Below are positions 38,561-52,472 of a stretch of 64,000 nt of DNA, piece by piece. The stretch covers positions 62,248,001-62,312,000 of the forward strand of contig NC_043003.1 of NCBI RefSeq assembly GCF_006345805.1, given 5' to 3'. The notes beneath the pieces were generated by a model. That model was not told where the DNA came from. It searched no databases and saw only the letters and a program-made list of their open reading frames with translations. The translations under genes were made by a program, and so were the position numbers. Position 1 is the first letter of the stretch; every line of letters begins with the position of its first letter. This stretch comes from Octopus sinensis. Taxonomy: Eukaryota.

Positions 38561-40220
38561 TTGCTCAAGGCACTCAAAAACTACCAGAACTACTACTACC
38601 GGCTTCATCTTGCTGTTGCTTATGTAAAATATTTTGGAAGACATTCACTTTTAAAATACTTGTTCTAATAATTCAAATTAATCACGGCATAATACCATTG
38701 AATGAGTTACTATAAAAATAGAAACCATGGCTTCAAATCACATCCTACCATCTTTAAAAACAAATGGATGCATTGGATAATGTATTCCAAGAGCCTCTGT
38801 CCTCTGTCTGAACAAAAAAAATTAGGACAACCATAACTGGGATGCATTTGAGCATAGATCTGTCTGTTTGACTGAGGAATATTTAGTAGTAAATAATATC
38901 GATTGCAGCAAATGCATAATGCAAATGTAAGCTATTGCACTGAAAGAAAATCTCAGTTACTTTTATTCTAATGTATAAATATATATAATAAATATATTGA
39001 TTTAAATGTTTTAAAGATCATGTGTGAAAATAAATTATTTATATTTGTGTAAAATAAGAGTAAATTGTTTGAAATCATTCTTTGTTTGTGAATGATGTTC
39101 ATCTCTAAATAAAAGATAGTAAACATATTTATTTGATCTGTTCTTCAATATTTCCATTATTGTTTCATAAATTTCAAAGCTGTCATTTACCTTATTTATA
39201 ACCACTTAGGTGATGAATTAGCAGAGAGCTTTAGGTAAAAATCTTATGATATATAGATGCAGCTCTTTCCATTCTGAGTCTAAATCCTCTAAGATCAGCT
39301 TTGCCTTTCAACAGTCTAGGGTGAGTAAAATAAAGTGCCAAGATGTACTGAGTGGAGTCTATTTAATATTCCTATAAACTATTTCAGATGAAAATACAGC
39401 TATTATAGAAAGCTTAGAAGACTTTAATTTTATGCTTATGATGAAGCCTTAAAAAATGTGTACCACTGTTTGAGATGGTAGAGCTCTTAAAACCACTAAA
39501 TGCAGTAATCATTTTCCTTTCTTTTTCTATAATATATCCATATTCCTGATAAAATAAGCTTTATAAAGATTCGATTTGATTGAATAGGTCTCTTCTTTAT
39601 AATTTTTTAATCTTGTATCAGTCTGAGCAATCGTTGCTACTACCGGAAAATAGAAATGCAGTAGTTTATGTAAGTGTGAAGTGGAGTCAATTGCATCTGA
39701 TTAGTTCACTTGTGATATGATTTTTATTTAAAAACTTTTACAGAAATATTAATTGTTGGCAGGAACACAGTATTTTTGTTTTGTAATTATAATATACACT
39801 ACTAAATATATCAAAGCTTTACAAGCTAATATTATATCTTATTTTTGTGTTAGCAGTGTGATGTTCTCATTTTCTAAGTTTATATCTACAAGTTCTTTTT
39901 TGTGGAATTCAGAAGCAGCACTAAAAGTTACAAAGTTTTGTATGTAAATATGTTTATGCAAGCGATGTGATCAAAGGTAGAAAAAATTGGTAATGGGTGT
40001 ATATGCATATTTCAAGAGTAATTGCACTTTCATCAGCACCACATCCAACCTGTCAACTATCCACAAACATATTCCTTAAATTTCCACTAAGTTTAGCAGT
40101 GTAACACTGTTGTAACAAATTATAAACTATCCATGTAATGTTCTCGTTTAATGCACCTGTGGCAAGTAAAAGAAACTGTTATTGTTGTTGTCATCATTGA
40201 GCTGGCAGAATTGTTAGCAT

Positions 40221-40348
40221 GCCACCACACATTCTGCATTTGTCACTGTCATTAGTGTTGTCTTCTCTGCACTTCACATAGTTGGTCCTTAATGCTTGTT
40301 CTTGAGCTGCACATATGAGTGCTTCTATCTCTATCTTCAGGTCACTCC
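40221..40348 (-). mobile_element. R4/Dong-like (RLE) LINE fragment adjoining (ATT)n
   Basis: Stop-free SDLKIEIEALICAAQEQALRTNYVKCREDNTNDSDKCRMCG, typical of the segment before the CCHC knuckle. Confidence 0.8.
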
Positions 40349-40644
40349 TATTATTATTATTATTATTATTGTTGTTGTTGCTATTGTCGTTATTATTTAC
40401 AATGGCTTCTGCACAACTTCTACCAAATTCTACTCATGATAGTGAAACAAACTTAACCACTCAATGATGCCTGTACCTATGCTCACTTTATTCATAACTG
40501 TGCTGGCATTTTATATTCGATATGATCTTAAAATTTTACTATATAGTACTTTAGCAATTCATATGGGACAGAGATAGTAAGTCTTTTCCCTCAGTTCAAC
40601 TCCCTATCTCTGCTGAGAGGTCTTTGTCTTGCAAGCTACTTGAA

Positions 40645-40835
40645 GACCCCACTGGTACTACATAAAAAGCAGCCAATACACTCTGTAAAGTGGTTGATAT
40701 TAGGAAGGGCATCCATCTCTAGAAACTATGCTAAAACAGACAAATGGGGCCTGGTGTGGCTCCCTGCCTTGCTGGCCCCTGCCAAATCATCCAACTCATG
40801 CCAGCATAGAAAATGGACATTAAATGATAATGATG
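40645..40835 (+). mobile_element. RTE 3'-tail fragment
   Basis: cataaaaagca..cactctgtaaagtggttg..taggaagggcatcca..catgccagcat..ttaaatgataatgatg. Confidence 0.8.
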
Positions 40836-41278
40836 TTTCCATTAAGCATAGTGTTTTTGTTTTTCTCTTATTCAGCATAGCCAAGCACACCCGTAAGTAT
40901 GAAGCATAAATATTTAGTATTGATGAGAAATTAGGTCTGTGATTAGATCATAGGTATTTTCTTGCAGTTTGGAATGAAAATCAAACTGGCTAGTTTCACT
41001 GTACTTTATTACTCATCAGGATTCACTCACCCCTCTCTACAAAAGCTGCTGAACTTAAAGCTACTTAATAAAATTTAAACAAGATTGTATCAAGTAAGTC
41101 TTATTTACACAATGATACTTAAAAAATGTAGGTCTCTGCTAACTGACGTTTGGCAATTTTAACTGGAAAGAAAATATAAACCAAGTCCTCCATGTCATAA
41201 GAAATGAGAAAAATCAACTCAGATCAATCCTTATTCCAGGTTGGTGAATACACTCACACACACACACACACATACACA

Positions 41279-42115
41279 CAAGGTGCGATGGGTAAACTGT
41301 CGTCATGTAATATTTTTAATTTCACACATGCACATAGATTGTTTTTGATTTTGTTGACTACACAGTATAGTATGGTCAGTTGGGCATCGTCTGGGAGAAA
41401 AACCGTAACATGACACAATTCACTCTGCCAGACATTTGGACATGACATGCTGTACTGCTTGGCATTCTCATCAGAAGTGATAAAAATCGTGCTGAGTGTG
41501 ATAAAAATCAAACATCCATTCAATATCATGGTGTTTAGAGTGATCACTAGTGATAGCGATGTTATACCTCCATTCATCTTCTCACCCGGCCTCACACTCA
41601 ACACAGAGGCTTACATCAAGTGCCTGGAGAAGGAAGTGATGCCCAGGGTCAAGAGGGTGGCAGCTGGAAGACCCTATGTCTGGCAATAGGACTCTGCACC
41701 ATTCCACACAAGCATGAGAACCCAATCATGGCTGTCAGACAATTTCTGCGACCACATCACCCCTAGCATTTGGCCACCCTACTCCCCAGACTGCAACCCC
41801 CTTGATTATTATATGTGGGGCACAGTTGAGTGAGAGGTCAACAAAACTCCTTGTAACACTAAAGTTGAACTGAAGGCAAGGATTATGGCAGCATTCACCA
41901 ACTTAAACAAGGAGACTGTCCCGAAGAGCTGCAGGAGATTCTGAAGTCATCTGGAGGCCGTTATTGAAGCCTATGGCGATTTTATTGAATAAATTTGCTC
42001 TTTAGTATTTTAAGATATCTTTATATAATTTTGGTAAATATATCTCTTAAAATGAGAAGTCAGTGTCATTTTCCTTTTTGCATAATTTAGACAATTGTTT
42101 ATTCACCGAACTCTG
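41279..42115 (+). mobile_element. DD37D (maT-like) transposon, internally deleted
   Basis: KHPFNIMVF..DSAPFHTSMRTQSWLSDNFCDHITPSIWPPYSPDCNPLDYYMWG: 37 residues between the second and third Asp. Confidence 0.92.
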
Positions 42116-42716
42116 CATATATAAGATGAATGTATTTAAGCACAAGATCTAATTTCACTGAAACTAAATACATATGTATATGACTCCATGCTTAAACATA
42201 ACTCATACTGTAGTAGTTACCTTAGTTATAATATCAGTATATAAGAAGTTTGGTCCAATACATACATTATACATTCAATTAAAATTATTTGAACATTTAA
42301 CCGAAAAATTTCTATATTGGTTATTATTCATGATATCTTTTGGTTTATGTAATTGTCTATTCTTTGCCATTAACAAATTCAATTCATAATAATTTGTTTG
42401 CTATTAATTTAATTTCCAACATAAAAAAAAACTAATAACCCATTCATAGAAAATGATTACTTTTGATTACAACAATTTAATTTTCTGTATATTCATGTAA
42501 AAAGATCACATTCAAAATGCCATGTGTCTATATATGAATATAGAGAAAAGAAGTTAATATTAATTGAGGTATCATGAATAAAATATAAAAATTTAGTTAA
42601 CATTAAAAAAAAATGTAGAAATATTTACAAGTTTTAGACAAGAATGAAAATGTTATTTCTTGCTTTTGGGAAACATTATATTGAGCATTCTTCTAAAAGC
42701 AGTTTAATGTGCAAAG

Positions 42717-42762
<46 letters not shown>

Positions 42763-43926
42763 TATAGATATATATATAATATATATATATATTCAGTTTT
42801 TGTTTTGTAGAAAGTTTCCTTAAGCAAACTTTTTTTATAAAATAATATGGCTAATTTCGTGTCATCACCACCACCATCATCATCATGTGATGTAGATCTC
42901 CAAGGTACATTCTCTTTTACATAATTTTTAGCTTCATAATTTGAATAATCATTTAGTAAATTACCTATCAAGATAATATAGGAAAAGAATTTTTCCTGTA
43001 AAATAGATGACAAAGTTTATTTTCTTTAATGTACATAATTTAATACTTAAAAATTTCTTTAATGGCTACATTTTTAATGAAAATTCCTGAGCTGTTTTCT
43101 ATATTTCTCTTATACACACTTATGTATATATTTATTATGTCTTTCACCAAGTTACAAGTTAAGATGCTTGCTGTGGTATTTGACATTTTGTGGCAACCTC
43201 TTTTTTCATGTTTTTGGTATGTTTCAAAGTTTATTTCTGTAATCCCTCTGATAATGCAAAACATTGTGATCAACAGAGAAGGAAAACGTATGTGGGTGTA
43301 GATGTAAATGTTTAGTTCAATTGCTAGTTGTATGCATCTGAGAGTTTCTCTATTAACATCACCCACACACATAGATGCACACACATATTTGTGTAGTTAT
43401 GTAAGTATTTGCATCTGAAGTTTCCCCACAAACTTGACTCTCCAAGTCATGTAAGAGCCAACAAGGCTTACAAATTTGTATGTATATTGTGTCAATTTAT
43501 GAGTCAGTATGCTTGTGTATCAGGTAGGTGTGTGTGTGTATTTGTAATATTTGGTATAAATGCAAAAAGTAAGAAATAGGTATGTAAAAGTGAAATGCAA
43601 TAAGTTAGCTGATTCATGAGAAAAAATCAGGTAAGGAAATAAAGTAGTCGGCCATGAAGTAGATACAAGACATAAGAGGAGCAGCAGCATTGGTGGATGC
43701 CAATACTGCCAGAGGTAGCAGTGCAAAGAAATTGTGAGTAGAGGCCACCAGTATTAAAGGCATAATGGGATGAAGTGGTGTGAACTATTATAACTTTAGG
43801 TAGGTTTGCACATGATTCAACTAGAAAGAGTGGAGTAGTTTATAGAGATGGAGATAACAAAGAAAGTTATAAGTTAAGAGAGGGTTAATGATGGTGTATA
43901 TGAAAAATAGAGTAGAATAGAAAGAA

Positions 43927-44156
43927 TTAATCCATTTGCATTTAAACTGGCCATAACTGCCCCAAATATTCTACCTTTTTTATGTGTTTAAACCTGCCAG
44001 ATCCAGCCTCTCATACCTACTTTACAATGTCTTTCTAAAAACAAACAGTCATATCATCAAAATATGAAAGCTACTACATAATGCAGGATTAATGCAAAAC
44101 AATGTGAATAAATAAGCATTACATTTGACTGAAAAATCTGAATGCTAAAGGGTTAA
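43927..44156. mobile_element. piggyBac-type MITE
   Basis: TTAA-tccatttgcattta ... aatgctaaaggg-TTAA; TIRs plus TTAA target sites. Confidence 0.8.
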
Positions 44157-44199
44157 GCTACCGATAGGTAAGGTCAGTTGTAAAGATACAGTTGTTGGA

Positions 44200-44860
44200 C
44201 ACATCAGTCAGGTTTGGGCTCAGTGAAATGGGTGAAGATTTGGGCCTCAGCCTGTCCAGTAAACTGATTGCTGTAGTTAGGGTTCTTATCCTTGTTCCAA
44301 TGACCAACTCAGTAATCTGCTGATAGTCATTCCCAGGAATAGGAGAAGCAGTTTAGAGAATGAATTGGTTCAGTAAGATGGATGAGAATGTGGTTATGAG
44401 GTTAGAACATGATAGAATGGTCAAAGATTAAGACTGTTATCGTGGGTGACAGTATAATGGGGTTTAATATTCACTGCAAAAAGAAGCTGGAAGGGACCAG
44501 AAAAAATGGATTTGAAGAATTGATAGAGTGGTTGATGTCATGGATGACAAAAGGGCTGCAACCAAAGGTGAGAATAGTTGCTGTAAGTATTTGGAAAGAG
44601 ATTCTGTGGAATAATTTCAGGTACAAATTTTGAGACATTTGAAGTTATTTATCTTTATGAATCTTGGGGAGGAATTAGATAGTGGAGGTACATGACGTGC
44701 AGATGATGCAGTTAGTTGTTTTGGAGGGAAGAAAGGGAAGAGGAATTGGAAGATGGTGAACATGGGTTGTTGGTTGTAAAAATTGTAATCAGAAAGCAAT
44801 TTACAGTGCAATAAAGATTGAAATGTGCTTCAATTTTGTAAAGGTCAGATCACCATAGAA
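44200..44860 (-). mobile_element. Penelope-like element, inverted 5' part of RT
   Basis: Reverse complement: W*SDLYKIEA, FLPKIHK, FSPLVAA, LLFAVNIKPHYTV, LNCFSY, YQQITELVIGT, PNYSNQFTG, PKPD. Confidence 0.8.
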
Positions 44861-44865
44861 TTTAA

Positions 44866-45890
44866 GTATGACTGTATTGGTGCCACTTTCCCATCAACAA
44901 CTCATCTTCTTCCCTTTCATTAACTCCTTCCAACCTGTCCCATATTTCATATCCACTGTTCCCATCACTTCTGTTAACTTCCTGGACGTCTCCATCTCTG
45001 ATAATCATCCTAACCTCATCAATTCTATCTTTTACAAACTTTTTGATTTTCACTTTTTCCTAGATTTTATTTCATCACACCTCATTTATACCTTACCTGC
45101 TATCATAACTTCTCACAATTCTTTTGCTTTACCCCTCCCCTATATCCATGACTAACTTTCATTCATGTCTCATTAAATTGTCTGCTATATCAAACAACAT
45201 TGTTATCTTCATTCAGCTATTGATACTAGTTACTGTTGTACCTACACTGTTGACTGTGCCTCCACCTTTGTGCTTCATATTTATCCTACTGCTTACCAAC
45301 TTCATTTTCCCCTAATCTAACATCACTTCACCTCTCCAATGCTCATCACATGACTCATCCATCTCCTGTAGATTAACTATGCTATATTCTCTGCATACCC
45401 ACTGTTTTTATTCTGATACAGATGCACTTTCAATGAACTTATGGTCCATAGTTATTTTGTCATTTACCACATACATTTTGGATGCATTGCTTGTTCTCAT
45501 CCACATTGCATGTCCTTTATCCAAAACAATACCACACTGCACAGCCCTAACACTTCCTTCTATTTTCAGCCATTTACCCTGTAACATGTAAAACATTGTT
45601 GAGTGCTGATTGTATGGCTTGTTTTATATTGGAGAAAATGGTAGATTGACAGTTTGATCAGAGAGCATATTTTAAATATCTGACTTAGCAACACTAGATC
45701 CAGCATCTCTCTGTTTGTTTTACATCAGGGATCAATTGCCCCTTATTGGTGCTATGATCAACAGCTAACCCCTACATACAAGTCACACAAATGCAATTAA
45801 TAATCTTGTTTTCCTTTAGTAACATTACCTGCTACCTAACACTGTCATACACTGTTAAATGCTCTCTTGTGTGATTCATAAACCCTCTCT
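44866..45890 (+). mobile_element. Penelope-like element, 3' RT, thumb and GIY-YIG
   Basis: DCIGAT, FINSFQP, SVNFLDVSIS, SIFYK..FLDFISSH, GLFYIGENGR. Confidence 0.82.
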
Positions 45891-45925
45891 ATCCACACAC
45901 ACACACCTACACACACACACACACA

Positions 45926-45975
<50 letters not shown>

Positions 45976-46036
45976 TTCACAAACCCATACCGTTAAACCT
46001 CTTTCACATCACCTATATATCAATATGCACCTATAT

Positions 46037-46258
46037 AAAGGTGGCAAGCTAGCAGAATCATTAGGAGGCTTGACAAAATGCTTAGTGGCAGTTTGTCTGT
46101 GTGTATGTTCTGAGTTCAAATTCTGCTGAGGTCAACTTTGCCTTTCATCCTTTCAAGGTCAATAAAAAATAAGTACCAGTTAGGTACTGGAGTCAATGCA
46201 ATTGACTTCGTCTCTCTCACTCCTGAAACTGCTGGTCTAGTGTCAAAATTTGAAACCG
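46037..46258 (+). mobile_element. SINE family B variant
   Basis: aaggtggcaagctagcagaatcattag..gttctgagttcaaattc..tttgcctttcatcc..aaatttgaaacc. Confidence 0.85.
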
Positions 46259-46493
46259 GTATACACCTAGACAAACTTGTGCAACATACTCACTCACACT
46301 ACCTTTCAGACACATATTAACCACATACATTTTCCCCTTTAACAAAGAAATATTTTCTGGGATTTTGGAAACCATTTCATACTATCCACTTCCATTCTTA
46401 ATTTTATCCATTTATCAAGTGGTTTTTATCATAAAACATTACTTCCACAGAACTCTCTTCTTTCATTTTCATCTTTTTTTCTTTTCTTTTTTC

Positions 46494-46528
46494 TTTTTTG
46501 ACAAAAGACTGCTGTCTGAAACACAGAA
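46494..46528 (+). ncRNA. Decayed minimal hammerhead motif, probable pLTR of the upstream PLE
   Basis: ttt-TTGACAA-a[agac tgct gtct]-GAAAC-ACA-gaa; layout as at 54015 but with core substitutions. Confidence 0.45.
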
Positions 46529-47894
46529 CTCACCTCTGTTTCTTCCTTACAACATAAAATTAATTTCTTTTTTTTCTCTGTTCCTGGAACTTTTTTGATG
46601 TCCTGTCTATAGTATTTACAGCATATATTTGAATAAAGGGCAGACATAGAGAAAGAGTATAGTGTAGTTAATGGTAATATGGTATTGGCTTTTCAAGGAA
46701 TTTCACAGAGTATTTATAGAAACACCAAGAAACTACTCTGTATTTTGAGGAAAAATTTATTATTATGCACAAATATCTTTTTTTATTGTAAAACCAATGC
46801 AATATACAATGCCAAAATTGAAAATATTTAGCAGCTTATCTCCTGAAAATATCATTGAATATTTTCAAAACAAATGCTTAATACATATTGCAAATATTAT
46901 TTATGTGGACATGCAATGAAACAAAAGCATAACCTCAATATTGATGTTTGGTGCATTTGTTGTTTATTATAAAATTTATATTTTTTAAAATTCATCCATT
47001 ATGAGTTATGTTTTCTTTAACCTTTGCATCAGAAATAATTTGTTCTGAATATCTCATGCATCAGCTGCCCCATGAGATTCTGACATCCAATTATTCTAGT
47101 CACCATTACGTTTTTTTTTGTTTGTTTGTTTTTAATCTAAGCTTCTCTCAATCCTATTCCTTTTTTCTTTTTTTTCTCTGTATGTGTCAGTGTTTTGTTT
47201 TTTCTCATCTTCACTCACTCCTCTTGCTCTCTTGCTACATTTATATGCCTGTTCACATACACACCTCAGTCCACAAATACATGCCTTTCTTTTGAAGGAA
47301 ATTATACAGGTATATTTTGCTGAATAGTCACTCAATCCCAGGAAGTGTAATTCCTAATGTTCTTACAGATGTCATAGAAATACATTTTTCTTAGATATTA
47401 GTCTTTCGTTGTCTTAAGCTATACATCTGTATGACATCTCTACAAGAGAGCTTTGAATTCCCTGCAACAAACATGTATACACATACACACACATATGCAT
47501 GTGTGTAGGAAAAATATTTATTAGCAATCACAAAATAATAAGCTTTTCACATTTGTGTATCGATTTTTTTTATATGGATAAGAAATTTAGTTATAATACT
47601 GCACATTTTTACTATCTTAACTTTTTTCAATTGCATTGAGTATTGATACAAGCAGGTGTGAGCAGGATCATCTTGATTGGATCAATGCATATTGATGATC
47701 TATCATAAAGAAGAAATCATATGAAATCTTAATGCTTCTTTCTGTACTAACAGTCTTCGTTAAAATTTCTCTGGTAAAATTAAGTTGCCTACTTTTAATC
47801 AGCAAATCGACTATGGCACCTTTACTCATATTTAAAATTTCTTTCATAACATTAAGTTTTTGAAATGTAGAATTTCTTAAATTTTATTCCTTAT

Positions 47895-48050
47895 AGGCAC
47901 TGGCATGATTGTGTGGTAAGAAGCTTGCTTCATAACCACATAGTTCCTGGATCAGTCCCACTTAATGGTACTTTGGGCAAGTATCTTTTACTATAGGCCA
48001 ACCAATGCTTTGTAAGTGGATTTGGTAGATGGAAACTAAAAGAAGCCTGT

Positions 48051-48089
<39 letters not shown>

Positions 48090-48352
48090 TATATATTTAT
48101 ATTTATGTATATAGATGTGTGTGTATATGTAAATGTGTGTCTTTGTGTCTCTGTTTGTCCCCCACCACTGTTTGACGACCAGTGTTGGTCTGTTTACATT
48201 CCCATAATTTAGCAGTTTGGCAAGAGAGGCTAATAGAATAAAAGAGGCTACCAAACTTTTATAAAATAAGTACCGGGGATGAGTTCTTCCATTAAAATTC
48301 CTCAAGGTGGTGTCCCAGCATGGCCACAGCATGACTGAAACAAGTAAAAGAA
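47895..48352 (+). mobile_element. SINE family A, full length
   Basis: gtgtggtaagaagcttgctt..gtggatttggtagatggaaact..(TA)n..ccagcatggcc..tgactgaaacaagtaaaaga. Confidence 0.9.
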
Positions 48353-51300
48353 AAAGCTAAAAGATATCCAATGAAGTTATATCACATTAAATAATGTTCT
48401 AACCCTCCTCAAAAAACCATACCAGAATCTTTGTGTTACTTTGAAGATGCCAAATTTTAATTACTAGATATTTTCACCTACCTTGTTAATATACTGTCAA
48501 AATACTTAAGCATTGACATTGAGGTTATCAACTTCAAAGACTGCATAAGAAAAAGTAGCATTGAGTTTAGACCATATTGTACTACCCTTTCCTTTCCTCT
48601 ATACTTAAAAATTTGTTTGTTCTCTATTAACTAAACTCTTGAATCAACTTCGGAACACTGTAAGACTGACTATTTCTACCTATTCATTTCTCATTGCATG
48701 TCTTTTCTTCAATAATGAAATTTGTTTTATTTTTCTTTCACTACAGACTACAGCTTTAGCAATTTAGAGAATGAATTTTATCTTGTACAAATACTTTTTG
48801 AAAGCTTAAAGTTGAGATTTCTATGGTGATGATATAGAAATTTAATGGCTCCAATAAGCCATTCATTTATGTATAATTGCTGCATGACATACTGAAGTTT
48901 AGTAAAGAAGGCTTTAGTCTATACATTCTTTAGTTTAACTAAAGCAAGTTACAGATATTTATTTAAAAGAAATGTGTCAACAATGTTTCTAGGATCTTGT
49001 AAATTAAACTTGCATTGGATTAATATAAATGTACAGGATATTATTATTCTATATGCATAGTGTTAGTATAAGCTGCTATTATATTTAAAAATTTTCATAC
49101 TTTGAAATTCCTTGTTCATATATTTATAACTTGTAATTCAAATTCTTTGAAATATTTCTTTATTATATTGAACTACAAAAAGTCAATTCTCAACATTTTC
49201 CAATGTATTGTAAGTATACTGCAATAATTTCAACTTTAATTCTTATGGAAAGAAAACAAAAATCGTATAATTTCTAAAAACTATCTATATTTTCTTAATA
49301 GGTTTTCATATACACTAAGGAAAGCAATAGAAGTGTTATCAAAGTGTAATCAATAAGAATCAGTCTTGAAATACATTTAACAAAAACAAATACTAACACA
49401 CCAGTCAGTGCAGACAAAATCAATTGAATAAAAGTGTACAATAAATTAATGTTAGGTATTACAAAGAGTAAAGAATTGGTATTGTATTGTGTGTATCAGC
49501 TGACCCATCGTCATCCATATTGCAAACAGCATTTATAACACAAGTTTAACATTCCTTGGATTCTTTACTTTAAAGAGTTTTGTAGAATATGCTAGTGAAG
49601 TTGTCTTCCTCACTCATCTTAATTCATTTGTGTTTCTGATATCTTACATCAATGAACTTACCACCAAAGGTCAGGTCTCTATGTAAGATGTGTATTCAAA
49701 ATATCTCAATGAAGGTTATCTCAGATCAGTCTTCCTTTTGTAGTAATTCAGAAATTATCACAGGCACAATCTTGATTTCCTCTTCTGAACAGATATTTAT
49801 TTCATTGAATTCTTTCAACATATATTACTTTAGTTCAACTTTATTCTGTAAGACAAGCATAGAAATGTTAGCATCATTATAATCAGCAACTCATTGTGGC
49901 TTTTGACATTGTTTGTGATTAATGTTTGAAAATGCTTATAGCATAGATTCATATGCTTCTTCACGCTTGCATGTCTTGTGCTAAGTGATAGATTGAAACT
50001 ATTCTCAGATAGAATTTCCTTTTTAAAAATTTCTTTTTCAGTCATGTAATTCTTCACCTTTTTTCTTATTAAAAGCAATATAGGTATGATCATTGCCATC
50101 AATATCCCCACCACCTCTTCTAAAAGGGAACTGCGACTACTCAATAACACCATCACTAAATTTACCTTCATCATCATCTGCTGAAAGGATCAATCAACAT
50201 AACTAAAAATATATAAAAATAGCATATGAATAATGAAAGGAGATGTAAAAATACTCCTATTGTTGTGTATTGTGATTGTTGCCAATTAACTGAAAAGTCA
50301 AAAAGAGAACTATTAGCTTGAAACTTTAGGATACCAAATTCAAATCTTGCCTAGCTCAATTTATATTTAAAAGAATTTGGGCCATATATTGAAGATTATT
50401 ATAACGATAATCAATAGTAATATTTAAAAGTTGTTTTATTATCTTACATTATTTTGTTATACGTGGTTTTAAAATGGTATCAAACTGTAAAACTAAAGAT
50501 ACAATCTCCTTAAAAAATCTCCTATATAATTTTATGCATGAAATTTGGATGTTCTAAATACTTTCTATTACAACTATCTTTGCATGAAAATAAGTTAGTG
50601 TAAACAGAGTTATTGTATCCTTTGTTTGAAGCTATATGATACTGATAGGTAAATTTACATGATTGTCTCTGATTTACTGTCAATGTCAATATAATATTAT
50701 CCTTTAAGATATATAAATTTCCATATACAAAAGTGTTCTTAACCAAGTGCCAAATATTGTCACGATTATTTTTCATATCAAAAGCTTGAATATTTTTCAT
50801 TTAAAGGTATTATAAAGTTCTACATGTATAGCACTATAAAATTCTGTCCTTTTATATTCTAAGTTCAAATAATCCCTGGGCTGGTATTGCTTTTCACACT
50901 TCTGGGGTTGATAAAATAAATACCATTCATGGGGGTCAATTCAATTAATTGTACTGGTTTTCTGCAAATTTTTAGTCTAGTAAGAAATCAATATTTTTCA
51001 TTTCTGATATTAAACGATGTTTAAAGTTGCATGTTGATATCTTCCCTCTACACTTATTTAGAAGCAAATTGCAATAGTTTTTATATTAGAGTTGATGTGA
51101 TAAAATGATTTATCTGAGACTACATATATTTCCATTTAAATATTATTATATTCAAATCAATCTATTACTATTACAATGAACCTTTTAACCTGCCAAAGTT
51201 GGATATATGACCTTATTTATTTGGTGATTTGGGACAAAAGAAAAGAAGTAAAATACAAACCATTAAATGAAATTAACTCTTCTTTGCAGAATTTTATAAG

Positions 51301-51800
51301 ATAATCTCTACTAACTTTAGCTGTTTTATTAGAAATCAAATATCTTTATAATTTTTAAGGAATGTTATAGAAAGATGTCAAATTCTTTCATTAGTTTGTC
51401 AGCTGAAACCATACTAAAGCTCCACCAACATATGATAAATGTTTCATATTATGGTCTTGTTCCTAGTCAAATCAAATCAATATTTTATATTATTAGAATA
51501 ATCATTCTCATCCTTATTGTTATCAAACATTATTGCTATTGCCACTACAGTCCTGCCACTTCAGTCAAGAAAAATTTCTCTAACATACCGTAAGTAAACA
51601 TATTGATAGTCACTGAAGTAAATCTTTACAAATAGAAATGTAAATATCAATATACTCATGTTGTCAGTTTTCAAATCACAACCACTGTGCCCCTACCACT
51701 TCAATAACCTTGACTATTAGCAAAGCAGTTTCATTTTTTTCATATTGAATACAATATTCAAGGTCCTTGATTTGTGTATGTTTTGTTTCATTGTTAAAAT

Positions 51801-51973
51801 TATTATTGAGTGAGAGAGCAGTGCATGCCATCAAAGTGACACTGGGGTAAAATATACGAAGCCCAGTATACCCATCATGACTATTATTATTATTATTATA
51901 ATTATTATTATTATTTTATTATTATTATTATATTATTATTATTATTATTATTATTTTATTATTATTATTATTA
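51801..51973. repeat. (ATT)n tract containing an ~80-bp insert (probable retroelement 3' end, minus strand)
   Basis: tattattgagtgagagagcagtgcatgccatc...catgactattattatt. Confidence 0.55.
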
Positions 51974-52472
51974 AATAGTGCTGAAATTGGCCAAGTCAGT
52001 AAAAATTTAAGCTAAATCCTTTAATTATCAAGTTTAACGCATCACTTTTCTTAGTTCACTGTTGGTGAGAGTTGAATTTGTTAATTGTTTATTTCTATGT
52101 AATATAATTAATTTAATATTGGCAGTTCCCTACAAAACAACTTACTTCCCACTCAAAAGAAGTTATGCTGGTTTTGATTTTTCATTTAAGTTAATTCACT
52201 TCTCTTACCCGCTTTAATTACCTTTCTCAAAGTAATTAAATTTGTTAATGTGTGAAAATGTAAATTCATGTCAATAATTACTATCAAATTGTTGACAGTG
52301 CACTCTGGCTTACAGATTTGATTTTCAGTTAGTACTCTGATGACTCTAGTATATGTTCTTACTATAATTCTTTGTCTAATCTGAAAACTATATTTCATAC
52401 AAGCCAAAAAAGTAACCTTTATGTTGTTGTTTTACCTGCTAGAAACAGCAGCAAAGTCTTTTTTAAATTACT

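Noticed and set aside
44409-44633. ORF with a VIVGDS motif resembling an SGNH esterase
   Set aside because: It is the antisense of the inverted PLE RT segment
49830-50177. 115-aa minus-strand ORF
   Set aside because: Low-complexity AT-rich composition, no recognisable domain
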